Shown here piece by piece: positions 35,249 through 44,403 of a stretch of DNA of 48,199 bases. The position numbers were made by a program, and so were the translations under genes. The stretch's first letter is position 1; the number at the start of each line of letters is the position of its first letter. The notes beneath the pieces were generated by a model. That model did no database searches. It saw only the letters and a list, made by a program, of their open reading frames with translations, and had not been told where the DNA came from. The DNA comes from a virus (Duplodnaviria > Caudoviricetes): IMG/VR virus record IMGVR_UViG_3300033487_000010, positions 1 to 48,199 of that record; one strand, written 5' to 3'.

Positions 35249-35958
35249 GCCCAAGCCCTCGCCCAACCGCGCACGATCTCGGCTACTGAATCGTCCTTCA
35301 CGCCGTGAACCCAAGCCGCCTCACGGGCCACGGCAGACAGACAGCCGGCCGTCCAGTCGCGCGTGCCGTACTCGTTGCGGATGACGTTGCACGGCCTGGC
35401 GAGCGGCATGAGCACCTGAGCGTGCAGGACGTCCCATGCTACCTGTGGCGTGCAGGTGTGCAGCGACGGGAAGTCTCCCCAGACGGAAAGCTCCATCACC
35501 ATGTTGCCGTTGACGTGCGGAATCGGCTCGTCCATGACAGCTCCTGTGATGCGCAGGCCTCGCTCAAGCGTCCTGGCGTGAGCCGTCTTTAGCCTTGCGA
35601 TCCAATCACGCCGAACCGGCCAGCCGTCAGCCTCGAAGGTAGCGACGGTGGCGAAGTCCCACGGCAAGACTCCATCGCGGTGAAGCTGGTAGAGCCTACC
35701 AACCGTGCCGGCCCAAAGTCCATAGCACCCGTCTGGGTGGCCCGAGCGTTCCACCCCGCTCTGCAGAAGAATCGTCCGCATCTTCTTGGCGCAATGCTCG
35801 CGAACCTTCACAGCCTCGGTGCTAAGCGGGCAGTTCCACGCCCGAGCCAAGATCAGGATGACGTCGTCTCGACGGTGCGGCTCGATGTCCGCCAAGAACC
35901 GCGCAAGAGACAGCGCCTGCTGCTCGTCTCCTCGCCAGTACTGCAGGGCAATCAGCAT
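35245..35958 (-). CDS. Putative glycosyltransferase (GT-A-like)
   Basis: HPDGC, FEADGWP (ExD), HVNGNMV, AWDV, C-terminal HGVKD. Confidence 0.55.
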   Translation of the reverse strand: MLIALQYWRGDEQQALSLARFLADIEPHRRDDVILILARAWNCPLSTEAVKVREHCAKKMRTILLQSGVERSGHPDGCYGLWAGTVGRLYQLHRDGVLPWDFATVATFEADGWPVRRDWIARLKTAHARTLERGLRITGAVMDEPIPHVNGNMVMELSVWGDFPSLHTCTPQVAWDVLHAQVLMPLARPCNVIRNEYGTRDWTAGCLSAVAREAAWVHGVKDDSVAEIVRGWARAWA

Positions 35959-36593
35959 CGGTCCATCACCCTGCGCATGAGCTCGCTTCGCCGGATTTGC
36001 TCACCTGCTTCGATGGCCTTGCCCAAGCTGGCGTGGCTCACATGCACAAGCGGTTCGCCGCGGTCTGTCTCGTGGTACTCCCTGCACACGCGCCGCACAG
36101 GCCCGGGCGGGTTCCACGAGAAAATCCACATGTCTGAGATGTGATTGCGCCCTTCGATCAGCGCCACCTTGAGCGGCGAATGCTGCACAATCTGATTCGT
36201 GAGAATCTCGCATCCGATAGGCGTAGCCCAAACGACAGCCGGCAGCCACGACGAGCACAGAGTGCACACGTCGACGCCTGCCGTGAGCTTGGCGAGGCGC
36301 TGCGGGGTGAAGCCGACGTTTACCACGTCATAGTCGGTCATCAGGCCACCACCGCGAGCCTGAAGCGCCCACCAACGCAGGCTGGTAGCGGCCGTGTAGT
36401 CGGGCGGGTTGACGGTGGGTCGCGCCCTGATGATGACCTCCGCACCGTCAGCTTCTGGCCCGCAGTCCTTGCGCCCCAGCACAATCGGCGTCCAGCCCCA
36501 TCTCTCCCAAGACTCGCGCCATACCTCGAGCTTGCGCTGCTGGCCAGCCTGGTCAAGCTCGAGCACTGGCTCATGGTAGGTGTAGACTTTCAA
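35952..36593 (-). CDS. Putative glycosyltransferase (GT32-like, DXD)
   Basis: WRESW...LRWWALQARGGGLMTDYDV matches R-x-x-x-L-x-x-x-GG-x-x-x-D-x-D. Confidence 0.65.
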   Translation of the reverse strand: MKVYTYHEPVLELDQAGQQRKLEVWRESWERWGWTPIVLGRKDCGPEADGAEVIIRARPTVNPPDYTAATSLRWWALQARGGGLMTDYDVVNVGFTPQRLAKLTAGVDVCTLCSSWLPAVVWATPIGCEILTNQIVQHSPLKVALIEGRNHISDMWIFSWNPPGPVRRVCREYHETDRGEPLVHVSHASLGKAIEAGEQIRRSELMRRVMDRC

Positions 36594-37582
36594 AGGCCAA
36601 GCTCCCTAAGCCACTCATCGACGTAGGGCAACTCGTCTCCAATCCACCACACTCCTGTAAGCTCGCGATAGGCAGCGCGCAGGTTGTCGGCCATGCTGGC
36701 ATCTTCACTGACGACGGATCGCGCGGCATCGGTGACGACTTCTGCCATGCCGAGGTACAAAGGAACCTCGTCGCGGAAGTCTTCCATCAGGTCGTGCTGG
36801 TTGCGACGCTGAGTCACCACGGGCCCGCAGATGCCTACGCGATAACCCGCCGCCCACATGATCGGCTGGGCGACGTAGCCGCGCAGGATGTCGGCGATGC
36901 GCATGCCAACCGTGCGCGGAAGATACATGAGCGGGAAGCACTCGCGACGCCACGTGATCGCCTGGCTGTTGAGCGGAGCAAGCGTCCCGGCGGCGAGTGC
37001 GAACGGCTCAACGTACGGCGCGAACCTCGCTTGCGCTCCCTGGGTCAGGCGGTAGATGGCGTCCACGTCGGCGTCGCCTTGGGCAAGTCCCTGCCAGCAC
37101 CCGATCGTAGCTAGACGTTCGTGGAATGAATGCGGCTCATTCTCAACCGACGTCAGCGGCAGCCCACGCGGCCACATCCTTGACTCACCGAATGCACGGT
37201 ACACGTTGATCCAGCCTGGATCGATGCACTCGCATGCCATCTCCCATGAGCTTGGCCACGGTGAAAGCGGTTCGTTGTCGTCGTCGGTGTCGACGATCTC
37301 GGTCGCGCCGTCGCGAATGGCTTCGAGGTACCCCAGCATCTTGCGGCAGTAGGTGTGGCCGGCTATCCACTGCTCGAATCTCGGGACGCTGTCAAACTTG
37401 CGGTCGCCAGACGCCCAATCGAAGAGCGGTTTTGCGCTGGAGAACTTCACCCCGTCGCACTCCCACGGTTCTGGCGTCTTGCCGTCTCCGACGACGTGCA
37501 CGCGTCCAGGGTATCGACGAGCCCATGCGCGCACCGAGTCGGTTGGCGGACAGATCGACGTGATGCAAACGTGGGTGCTCAT
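36590..37582 (-). CDS. STELLO/DUF288-like glycosyltransferase
   Basis: ITSICPPT, VVGDGKTP, RKMLGYLEAI, DTDDDN, WPRGLPL, QGL...DVDAIYRLT, PLNSQ, DILRGY, RNQHDLMEDFRDE. Confidence 0.85.
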   Translation of the reverse strand: MSTHVCITSICPPTDSVRAWARRYPGRVHVVGDGKTPEPWECDGVKFSSAKPLFDWASGDRKFDSVPRFEQWIAGHTYCRKMLGYLEAIRDGATEIVDTDDDNEPLSPWPSSWEMACECIDPGWINVYRAFGESRMWPRGLPLTSVENEPHSFHERLATIGCWQGLAQGDADVDAIYRLTQGAQARFAPYVEPFALAAGTLAPLNSQAITWRRECFPLMYLPRTVGMRIADILRGYVAQPIMWAAGYRVGICGPVVTQRRNQHDLMEDFRDEVPLYLGMAEVVTDAARSVVSEDASMADNLRAAYRELTGVWWIGDELPYVDEWLRELGL

Positions 37583-38283
37583 GCCAGGCCTAGCCTAGTA
37601 AGCTCAGCACGAACCGCATCATCGGTCGGCCGCGCGTGGCTCCAGAACTGCCGCATGCACGAGGGTGGGTAGCCCTTCGTTACGTCGACGAGGCGGAACA
37701 TGTCGGGATGCTTGACCATCGCCCACGCTCCCAGCACGTTGAACTGCGACAGCCCGCCCGTCTGCCTGAACACCAGACGCAAGCACGCCTCGCCGGGCCA
37801 GCAGTCCTCAAGCAGAGCGCGCGGGTACACGAACGGGTGGCAGCACATCGTCTCCGCCAGCGGGTCGAACCCGACGGCTTGCCTAGTCGACTCTCGCCAC
37901 ACCTGCGCGGGCCCGGCGGCATCCCATGATCGATAGAGCAAGTTAGGGCGAACTGCTGGCCACTGTGGGTCGCTAGCCACGTCGATCGGACGCACGAAAA
38001 CCGTGTCGCTCTCAAGGAACCAGACGACGTCGGCATCCGTGTATTCGTGAGCCCGAAGTCCCTCGATGCACTGACCGTAGTACCCTGGCAGCAGCGTCCC
38101 GCGGTAGTTCCGGCAGCGCCTCACTGTCACGTAAGACGGGATGTCGTCCGGCAACGCGTCCTGCTCCTCGAGCACCATCACCACGCGACGCCAGCCGGTA
38201 GCGAATCGCTCGATGGACCGCCAAAGGTACGGCAGCCAGTCGTAGTCGCACGGGTAGGTGACCAGGAAGAAATCAACGGTCAC
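37579..38283 (-). CDS. Putative glycosyltransferase (DUF6492-like)
   Basis: VTYPCD...LWRSIERF, GYYGQ, WFLESDTVFVRP, SQFNVLG, QFWSH. Confidence 0.65.
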   Translation of the reverse strand: MTVDFFLVTYPCDYDWLPYLWRSIERFATGWRRVVMVLEEQDALPDDIPSYVTVRRCRNYRGTLLPGYYGQCIEGLRAHEYTDADVVWFLESDTVFVRPIDVASDPQWPAVRPNLLYRSWDAAGPAQVWRESTRQAVGFDPLAETMCCHPFVYPRALLEDCWPGEACLRLVFRQTGGLSQFNVLGAWAMVKHPDMFRLVDVTKGYPPSCMRQFWSHARPTDDAVRAELTRLGLA

Positions 38284-38618
38284 GCGTTGACCTCAGACGG
38301 CCGCGGTGTCAGTTCACCACCCGCCCGAGACATCGCCTTCTCGATCAATCGCTGCAACTCAGGAATCGACATCGTGGACAAGTGATTCTCGATCGCCGCC
38401 TGAATGTCTGCAGGAGAAAGGCTCTCTTCCTTCTCAAATTCAAGCTGCTCGCGCTCTTCCTTCATCACGACAGCGGCGGCTTTCACGCAGTCTGCAATCT
38501 CGCGAACGTACTTAACGCGCATGGGCTTATCGTATCCCATAATCGTCTCCAGTACTCCGCGCAGAGCCTTGAGCCCGGTTTGGGCTACTTCGGTTGCTAT
38601 GTCGTATTCGATGCTCAT
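38280..38618 (-). CDS. Putative terminase small subunit
   Basis: 112 aa, helical; C-terminal LSTMSIPELQRL; first gene after a promoter heading the packaging operon. Confidence 0.4.
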   Translation of the reverse strand: MSIEYDIATEVAQTGLKALRGVLETIMGYDKPMRVKYVREIADCVKAAAVVMKEEREQLEFEKEESLSPADIQAAIENHLSTMSIPELQRLIEKAMSRAGGELTPRPSEVNA

Positions 38619-38649
38619 GGATCGTGCGCGCGCGGGTGAACCTACGACG

Positions 38650-38678
38650 AACGTGGCACACCACGCCCGCAAAGTCAA
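38650..38678 (-). promoter_or_regulatory. Sigma70-type promoter
   Basis: TTGACT-17 nt-CACGTT with GTGTGC before the -10. Confidence 0.6.
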
Positions 38679-38702
38679 CAACTTCAATCGCCCACGTACT
38701 GG

Positions 38703-38995
38703 AGGCTTAACTCGGGACGCAAGAAGGGCTCCGCTTCCCTTCCCCACTCAATAGCGGTTCAGAGAGCCTGACCCATCCGTTCGGTGCTGTCTTGGACGTG
38801 GTGGAGTTGAGCGCCTTCTTTTGCTTCCACGTGGCCGAGCCCATCGGAGCCGTTGCCCCTTCGCACGTGGCGTTGGCCTGCTTCACGGCGCCGCGAATGT
38901 TCGCGCGTCCGGGTACCTACCAGCGCGTCCCTTGACTGCCTGTGAGCGTACCGGTCGCGGTCTTGTCCCGACGTCCGGCTGCTCTCGATCTGCAT
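38703..38995 (-). ncRNA. Candidate structured ncRNA
   Basis: Own promoter; six or more complementary segment pairs, including long-range stems and a pseudoknot (see findings). Confidence 0.55.
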
Positions 38996-39001
38996 GATGC
39001 C

Positions 39002-39030
39002 AACGTGGCACACCTGCCTTGGGATTGCAA
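39002..39030 (-). promoter_or_regulatory. Sigma70-type promoter
   Basis: TTGCAA-17 nt-CACGTT; shares GGTGTGCCACGTT with the promoter at 38650. Confidence 0.6.
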
Positions 39031-39035
39031 GTCCG

Positions 39036-39239
39036 CTAGCCTCCACCGCCGCGCTCTCTGTCCTTCGTCCGATCGTAGTTTGGGCACACGGTTGTATTTT
39101 CCGGGTTTACTTCGCCGCTTCTGGGAGCCCCTAGCGAAAGCTGCCACGGCATCAGGAACGGCGCGACGCAAACCCCCGTCGCGCATCCAGCCGTGAGCCG
39201 ACAACACACGCAATTACCGCACTTGTCACCTTGAGCCAT
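39036..39239 (-). CDS. Cys-rich hypothetical protein
   Basis: CGNCVCC...C...VCPNY; GGAG RBS. Confidence 0.55.
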   Translation of the reverse strand: MAQGDKCGNCVCCRLTAGCATGVCVAPFLMPWQLSLGAPRSGEVNPENTTVCPNYDRTKDRERGGGG

Positions 39240-39284
39240 CTCACTCCGACCTTTCCCCGCTCGAAACCGCTGGGCGGTGTGGAT

Positions 39285-39313
39285 AGGCTAGCGCGTTGGG
39301 TGGATGGTGGCAA
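39285..39313 (-). promoter_or_regulatory. Sigma70-type promoter
   Basis: TTGCCA-17 nt-TAGCCT in intergenic gap. Confidence 0.5.
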
Positions 39314-39324
39314 GCGTCATTAGG

Positions 39325-39525
39325 TCAAAGATGTTGTCTCGCTTGCCAGCAGCTTGGACACCAATCGTTTTGAACGCTCCATCGATCTCCCATGCGGTCA
39401 ACCCCGCACGCGCCAGACTGCATCCATCCGCTTTCTGCTATGTTCTTGTTTGGACGGATTTCTTCTCCGCATCCGTCGCACTTCAGAGCGATCAGCCGTC
39501 CTTTTTCGTCTCGAACATCTGCCAT
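39325..39525 (-). CDS. Zinc-finger-like hypothetical protein
   Basis: KCDGCG...GW...DWCPSC. Confidence 0.6.
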   Translation of the reverse strand: MADVRDEKGRLIALKCDGCGEEIRPNKNIAESGWMQSGACGVDRMGDRWSVQNDWCPSCWQARQHL

Positions 39526-39792
39526 GATTAGCGCTGGCCGTCGTCAGGATTGGATGCCGCGCCCGGAGTTGTACCGGCGGTTGCAGGCACGTTGGCGGCT
39601 TGGTTGTTTCCGCTCGCGCTTGGAGCCGTTGCCGGCCCACCTGCTACGGGTTCTGCCCCGCGGCCATAATTTCTGAGGACGACCTCGGCAAAGCCTATCA
39701 GGTGCCGGTGTACTTCTCCACGTGTCCACCGCTCGCCTGGACGGGTGTCGACTCTGTCTAGGTACTCGTCGGCGAGACGCTGAAGTCGTGGG

Positions 39793-40011
39793 CTATGCAT
39801 GGCTCTCGTCCCTTCGTTTCGTGCGCACCACCTCACGCGTCGTCTTGACCAGGCGCCACTCGACGATGCTGCGATTCAGCTGCTGGTCTCGCTCCGGTGA
39901 TGTCGTGGCCGCCAGGAACGCCTCCGTCGGCTCACGGGGGTAGCTGTAGTGTTTCCACGAGCTGTCATCGTCGGTGCGGTACTCGATGGCCCACGTGATC
40001 TCGATGTTCAC
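39793..40011 (-). CDS. Hypothetical protein
   Basis: 72 aa, AGGAG RBS. Confidence 0.55.
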   Translation of the reverse strand: MNIEITWAIEYRTDDDSSWKHYSYPREPTEAFLAATTSPERDQQLNRSIVEWRLVKTTREVVRTKRRDESHA

Positions 40012-40228
40012 GGCTTCACTCCTACCTTCGTCAGCGACTGATGCACAGGAATTCCTTAAGCCTCTTCGATACTCCTGACCAGTCTATCGGCACGTGCAAA
40101 CAGTTCGAACCCTACTCTCTTGGCGCGTATGGCTTCCAGCAACTCCTTAGTGACGGCTAGTAGCTCACGCTCATGCAGCGCCAATGCCCAGCTGACAGCG
40201 CGTTCTTTGTCCCGGTTCGGTTCGTCGC

Positions 40229-42244
40229 TCACTTGGCACCGTCCTTCCCAGGCTTGCACGAGTACGTCACGGCGTCCTGCTCGTGGCCGGCGTTCGGGTC
40301 GGCTGGCTGGTCGATGTGCAGGAGCGTTTGCAACCGCCCGCACTTCCCGCAGGAGATGGGAGCCGGGCAGTTCATGCCAAGGTCGGTGATAGCAATCTTC
40401 CTAAGCTCCGCCAGTTCGCGCGCGGACTGGGCGTTCTCCTCTGCCTTCCTCCGCCACTCGTCGCGCTCTGCTTGCATGGTCCGCCATTCTTCCGTCGGAA
40501 CACATGTTGCCCGCTCCAGCGTCACCGCGGCCAGCTGGTCGCTCAACTCGGCGATGCGCTTGGCGTTTGCGTTCAACTCATCCACGGCAGCGACGGTTTT
40601 GATGGGCAAACCTCTTCGCAGCGACCTGACCTCATCCTCTGCGCGCGCCACCTCCTTGATCACATGTTCCCTCGCGTTCTGCAACCACCGGTTGGATTCC
40701 TCCAGCTCATCGATGCGCTTTTTCAACTGCTCGATCGCCCACGCGTCATGCTTGCGTGCCTCGGCTAGGTCGGCGTGTCCTGCAGATAGAATCCTATCGA
40801 AGTGCAGTCCGCACGGCTCCAGGGCTCTTTGGTTTACCGCCTCCTCCAGCCTCGGCATGGGCGCCTCTGCGGGCGGCTCGATCTTCGGCCACCCGTATGA
40901 CGGCTTGACGGCGTAAGGGCCGGCGGGCGGCGACTGCGGGGCGGGCTCGTCCGACGACTCAGCGATCATCAGATTCGTGGTCCGTTCTAGCTTGTCCCTC
41001 AGCCGCGCGATCTCCGCCGCCTGCTCGTCGAGCTTCGCCCGCTTCTCGCGGAGGATGCGCGCCGCCTTCTTCGTCACCGTCTCGTCTGGGAGAGATGGCC
41101 CACCGATCTCGTTCACGGCTTGGGCCAGCTCGAAGATCGCTGTCTGGTCCCTATCCGACCGTCTCTTCCATTCGTCGCGCTCGCTGGTCAGGCGCTCGAC
41201 CTGCTGGCGCAAGTCTGCGTTTGCTACCGTGGCGTCGGCGACATCGTCTTGTAGGAACTTGATCTCAACCTTCAGGCGCTCGACCTCCGCCTGAAGCCGC
41301 TCAAGCTCGCGTCGAGCGTTTGTAAGGTCGTCCTTCGCCCATTCATCCTTCGCTTGTTCCGCCTTGGCAAACAGGTCTTCCGCCGGCTGCGCGCCGAGGT
41401 GGGCGAGGACGGCGCGGGCGAGCGCGACTCTAGTTGGCAGGCTCAAGCGGGTTGCACATCCAGGATCGTCGGGAGAATCGTCTCCCGGGAACTCCACGTC
41501 CATGACCTTCGCCAGCTCATCCACCGTCGGCAGCGTCGCTGGCTTCATCTTCGCGCGCTGAGCGGCGGCAACCATACGCGCTAGGTCCATGTCGGTCCCG
41601 CTTGTCATGTTGACCATCTCCCGCAGATCGAACTCGCTCAGCGGCTCGACGGCCAGCTGCACAGGCTTCACCTTCTTTCGCTGGGCATCGATCACGTCGA
41701 TGGCCAGATTGTTCAGCGCCCACCATTCGTCGCTCTGAAGCGCTCCAGGGTGACGCCCAAGCCACCGACCAACCGCGAACTCTCGCTCATCGCGGCTCAG
41801 CGGCTCGACGGCCAGCGCGTGGGCGGGCCGCTCACTCATCGCCTCGGTGTGCCGGCGAACTTCATCCGCGGCCTTGCGCTCGACTGCCTGCATGGCAGGA
41901 GCTATCATCTGCTCGGCCGGCTTCGCTTCCGACTTCGCGCCTGGGACGCAGGCGTCGCGTTGCTGCTCGATCCACTGCCTGGCGCGTTCGCTGACGTTCC
42001 AGTCACGCAGATATGCCTCGCGCAGGAACGACTGGTACGCCTCGCGCCTCCCCTCCAGCTTGGCGGCGGGAACGATTAGCGTCTTGACTTTTGCCAAATG
42101 GTCCAGCCAATCCCTCTGTATCTCCACGTCCCAATCCTCCCAAGGCTGATCCTCTTCGGGAGAAATCTCATTCGTAAGCACGCACAGTCTGTGCGCCATC
42201 TCCGCGTCGCTCATCTGCTGTCCCTCGGGCTTCTCAGTGGTCAC
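40229..42244 (-). CDS. Large coiled-coil hypothetical protein
   Basis: 671 aa from GTG 42244 (GGAGG RBS); heptad stretches; repeated LAVEPLS and ERDEW motifs. Confidence 0.7.
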   Translation of the reverse strand: MTTEKPEGQQMSDAEMAHRLCVLTNEISPEEDQPWEDWDVEIQRDWLDHLAKVKTLIVPAAKLEGRREAYQSFLREAYLRDWNVSERARQWIEQQRDACVPGAKSEAKPAEQMIAPAMQAVERKAADEVRRHTEAMSERPAHALAVEPLSRDEREFAVGRWLGRHPGALQSDEWWALNNLAIDVIDAQRKKVKPVQLAVEPLSEFDLREMVNMTSGTDMDLARMVAAAQRAKMKPATLPTVDELAKVMDVEFPGDDSPDDPGCATRLSLPTRVALARAVLAHLGAQPAEDLFAKAEQAKDEWAKDDLTNARRELERLQAEVERLKVEIKFLQDDVADATVANADLRQQVERLTSERDEWKRRSDRDQTAIFELAQAVNEIGGPSLPDETVTKKAARILREKRAKLDEQAAEIARLRDKLERTTNLMIAESSDEPAPQSPPAGPYAVKPSYGWPKIEPPAEAPMPRLEEAVNQRALEPCGLHFDRILSAGHADLAEARKHDAWAIEQLKKRIDELEESNRWLQNAREHVIKEVARAEDEVRSLRRGLPIKTVAAVDELNANAKRIAELSDQLAAVTLERATCVPTEEWRTMQAERDEWRRKAEENAQSARELAELRKIAITDLGMNCPAPISCGKCGRLQTLLHIDQPADPNAGHEQDAVTYSCKPGKDGAK

Positions 42245-42426
42245 TTGCTTTCCTCCTTCGTCGGTTCCTGTCGCTTCTCGAATCCTTGGCACTCCTGGCA
42301 CTCGGTGCACGCCGGCCACCCCTTTGTGATGTAGTGCACGCCTTCGACGTGGCCGCACGAGCAGGCGTCATTGGGATGCTTGATCCGTTCCCGCAACGCC
42401 TCAAGGTCAGGCTTCTCGGTGGTCAT
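42241..42426 (-). CDS. Cys/His-rich hypothetical protein
   Basis: CSCGH...H...CTECQECQGF. Confidence 0.55.
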   Translation of the reverse strand: MTTEKPDLEALRERIKHPNDACSCGHVEGVHYITKGWPACTECQECQGFEKRQEPTKEESK

Positions 42427-42620
42427 CGTGCTTGCTCCCTTCGCTGCTCTGCTTGCGCGCATGCCATGGCGAACTCGACAGAGCCGCCCTGCTTGATCGT
42501 TCGGTAGTATTCCCGCCTGGCTCGGATGCTCAAGTCTTCATAGTTGGCGGGGGCCAAAATTTCCCCGTCTCTCGGCTGTTCACCTTCGGTCAGCAGCCGT
42601 ACATCTCCTCGCTCGTTCAT
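42423..42620 (-). CDS. Hypothetical protein
   Basis: 65-aa coupled ORF. Confidence 0.45.
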   Translation of the reverse strand: MNERGDVRLLTEGEQPRDGEILAPANYEDLSIRARREYYRTIKQGGSVEFAMACAQAEQRREQAR

Positions 42621-42736
42621 CGTCGATCGCCGGATCAGGTGCTGACCATTCGTGCTCAGGCCCTGGCCCTATCTCATCCTCAGTCCAGTCGTCGGGCGCT
42701 CCCGAGTAGATCAGCGCGGCCAGGAAATCGAGTAGG

Positions 42737-42928
42737 TCACGCATCATGGTCACTGCCTGCCTGCTCTTCAAGCTCGTGCAGCGTCTTGTAGTCGATCTCC
42801 AGTGGCTCGCAGATTTGCAGCTTATGCCACACCTCACAGGCTGGGCAACACGCGCCAGACCCTCCACCGCCGCACGTACACGATTCGTTGACGGCTTCGT
42901 TCACGTGGTCGAGATTGATCAGCTTCAC
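42737..42928 (-). CDS. Hypothetical protein
   Basis: CTCGGGGSGACCPACEVWH. Confidence 0.5.
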   Translation of the reverse strand: MKLINLDHVNEAVNESCTCGGGGSGACCPACEVWHKLQICEPLEIDYKTLHELEEQAGSDHDA

Positions 42929-43260
42929 TTCGTCCCCTTCGGAAGCACGACGCGCGCGCGGTTGAGCAGCTTCGCCAGCAGGCCAAGCGTTGGCACCTCG
43001 TCGAATCCTTCGCCGGCCGAGTAGCGCAGTACCTCGCCGACAACTCTCCACCGCCTGAACGGCACCGGCTTGCGCGCGGGACGCTTGAGCATCTTGACCA
43101 TCCTGGCCACTTCACTGTCTGGGCGCTCATAGCACGCGCGACACATGTCGAAGACACCGATGAGCGGAAGCCCAATCGGGTTAGGCTTCCCACCATGTCC
43201 ATAGATTCGGCGAATTCCTGTCGCCGGCTTCCCGCACGCTCTGCACTTCGGCTTCGTCAC
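42925..43260 (-). CDS. Hypothetical zinc-finger protein
   Basis: CRACGK...MCRACY. Confidence 0.5.
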   Translation of the reverse strand: MTKPKCRACGKPATGIRRIYGHGGKPNPIGLPLIGVFDMCRACYERPDSEVARMVKMLKRPARKPVPFRRWRVVGEVLRYSAGEGFDEVPTLGLLAKLLNRARVVLPKGTK

Positions 43261-43264
43261 TTGC

Positions 43265-43513
43265 TCACCTCGCCCTTTGTCGCAACAGGTTTCGCTCTGC
43301 AAGCTTGCACTGCAAACAGCGCATAGCACTTTGTCGTTCTATGAACAACTGCACCTTGAACAATTTGCAGAAGTTGAATCGAAGCTCACGTTGTGAGCAC
43401 CTTCCGCATGTTTTCGGCTTCGCGTATATAGTGAAAACGATTTGAACAGGTTCGCCTTCTCCGTCTTTCTTGACGCCGGAACCTATTGGATTCAGATGTT
43501 CCGTGGCGATCAC
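43265..43513 (-). CDS. Hypothetical protein
   Basis: CGRC...FCKLF...RCLQC. Confidence 0.5.
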   Translation of the reverse strand: MIATEHLNPIGSGVKKDGEGEPVQIVFTIYAKPKTCGRCSQRELRFNFCKLFKVQLFIERQSAMRCLQCKLAERNLLRQRAR

Positions 43514-43725
43514 TTGCCAACCTTCCTTCGTCTCGATCGTTCCTTTGCATCCTGCGACGCCAACTTGCTGAGCACGCTGCGAAGTAGCTTCGTCCGAACC
43601 CTGAAGGTTGAGCACCTACGCGCGCCGTCGAACTCCTGCCAGTGCACCACGTACAGCGACTTGCGGTTGACGTAGAACAACGTGTCTTTGTCAACGTGAA
43701 TGCTGTCACGTTCGATCTTCAGCAC
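43510..43725 (-). CDS. Hypothetical protein
   Basis: 71-aa ORF in coupled array. Confidence 0.5.
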   Translation of the reverse strand: MLKIERDSIHVDKDTLFYVNRKSLYVVHWQEFDGARRCSTFRVRTKLLRSVLSKLASQDAKERSRRRKVGK

Positions 43726-43990
43726 TGCTCACCTTCCTCTCCGTCAGCGTTTCCTTAAGTGTTGCCCTGACCGTGACGGTGTACATCGAATCTCCTGGAA
43801 TACACATCTTCGGCCAAGATGACGACCTCCTGGCGTGGCCGTCTACGGTTCGTCCGGTAGCCTCGATCGCGTTCTGGGCAACAACGTACACCGTCCGCTG
43901 CGCCCCGCCCTGGGACTCGGCGAGCTGCCGGCGCAGGTCGGCGACTTCGGCTCGGAGCTTCTCGATCTCGAAGTGCATGGTCATGCTCAC
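43706..43990 (-). CDS. Hypothetical protein
   Basis: 94 aa, N-terminal coiled coil. Confidence 0.5.
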   Translation of the reverse strand: MSMTMHFEIEKLRAEVADLRRQLAESQGGAQRTVYVVAQNAIEATGRTVDGHARRSSSWPKMCIPGDSMYTVTVRATLKETLTERKVSSAEDRT

Positions 43991-44403
43991 GGCTCACCTC
44001 CCAGCTTCTTCACGAGGGCGCGTAGACGAGACGCCTCCGACATAGCTGCGTCTCGTTCGATGGTTCGATCGTGCTCTGCTCTGGCCATGCATGCGGCGCT
44101 TTCACGCCATCTGTCTCTATCGGAGCGGAGCCGGTCCATCTCGTCGGCGATGGACTTGCAGTCTTCGTGGGTGAGATGGTTCAGCTCCGCACGAAGTCCG
44201 CATTTGTTTTTGCGAAGTGAACGCTCCGCCTCGGCCAGCCCAGGCGCTGGGTCGCGCGGTTGTCCTGCCACGCGTCCGCAACCCTCACACGGATGTGAGA
44301 CGTGTGACAGGCATCCAGCATGTCCGCACGGGACTCCGCGTGCTGGACCCACTCCGGACACGCAAGAACTGTCAAACGCGTCGATGTCATCGCCGATTGT
44401 CAT
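43987..44403 (-). CDS. Hypothetical phage protein
   Basis: PCGHAGCLSHVSHPCEGCGR metal-binding motif plus coiled coil. Confidence 0.6.
   Translation of the reverse strand: MTIGDDIDAFDSSCVSGVGPARGVPCGHAGCLSHVSHPCEGCGRVAGQPRDPAPGLAEAERSLRKNKCGLRAELNHLTHEDCKSIADEMDRLRSDRDRWRESAACMARAEHDRTIERDAAMSEASRLRALVKKLGGEP

Noticed and set aside
38759-39046. 95-aa/78-aa ORF over the ncRNA candidate
   Set aside because: No recognisable motif, and dense base-pairing is better explained by RNA structure; not fully excluded because an ATG sits at the predicted start
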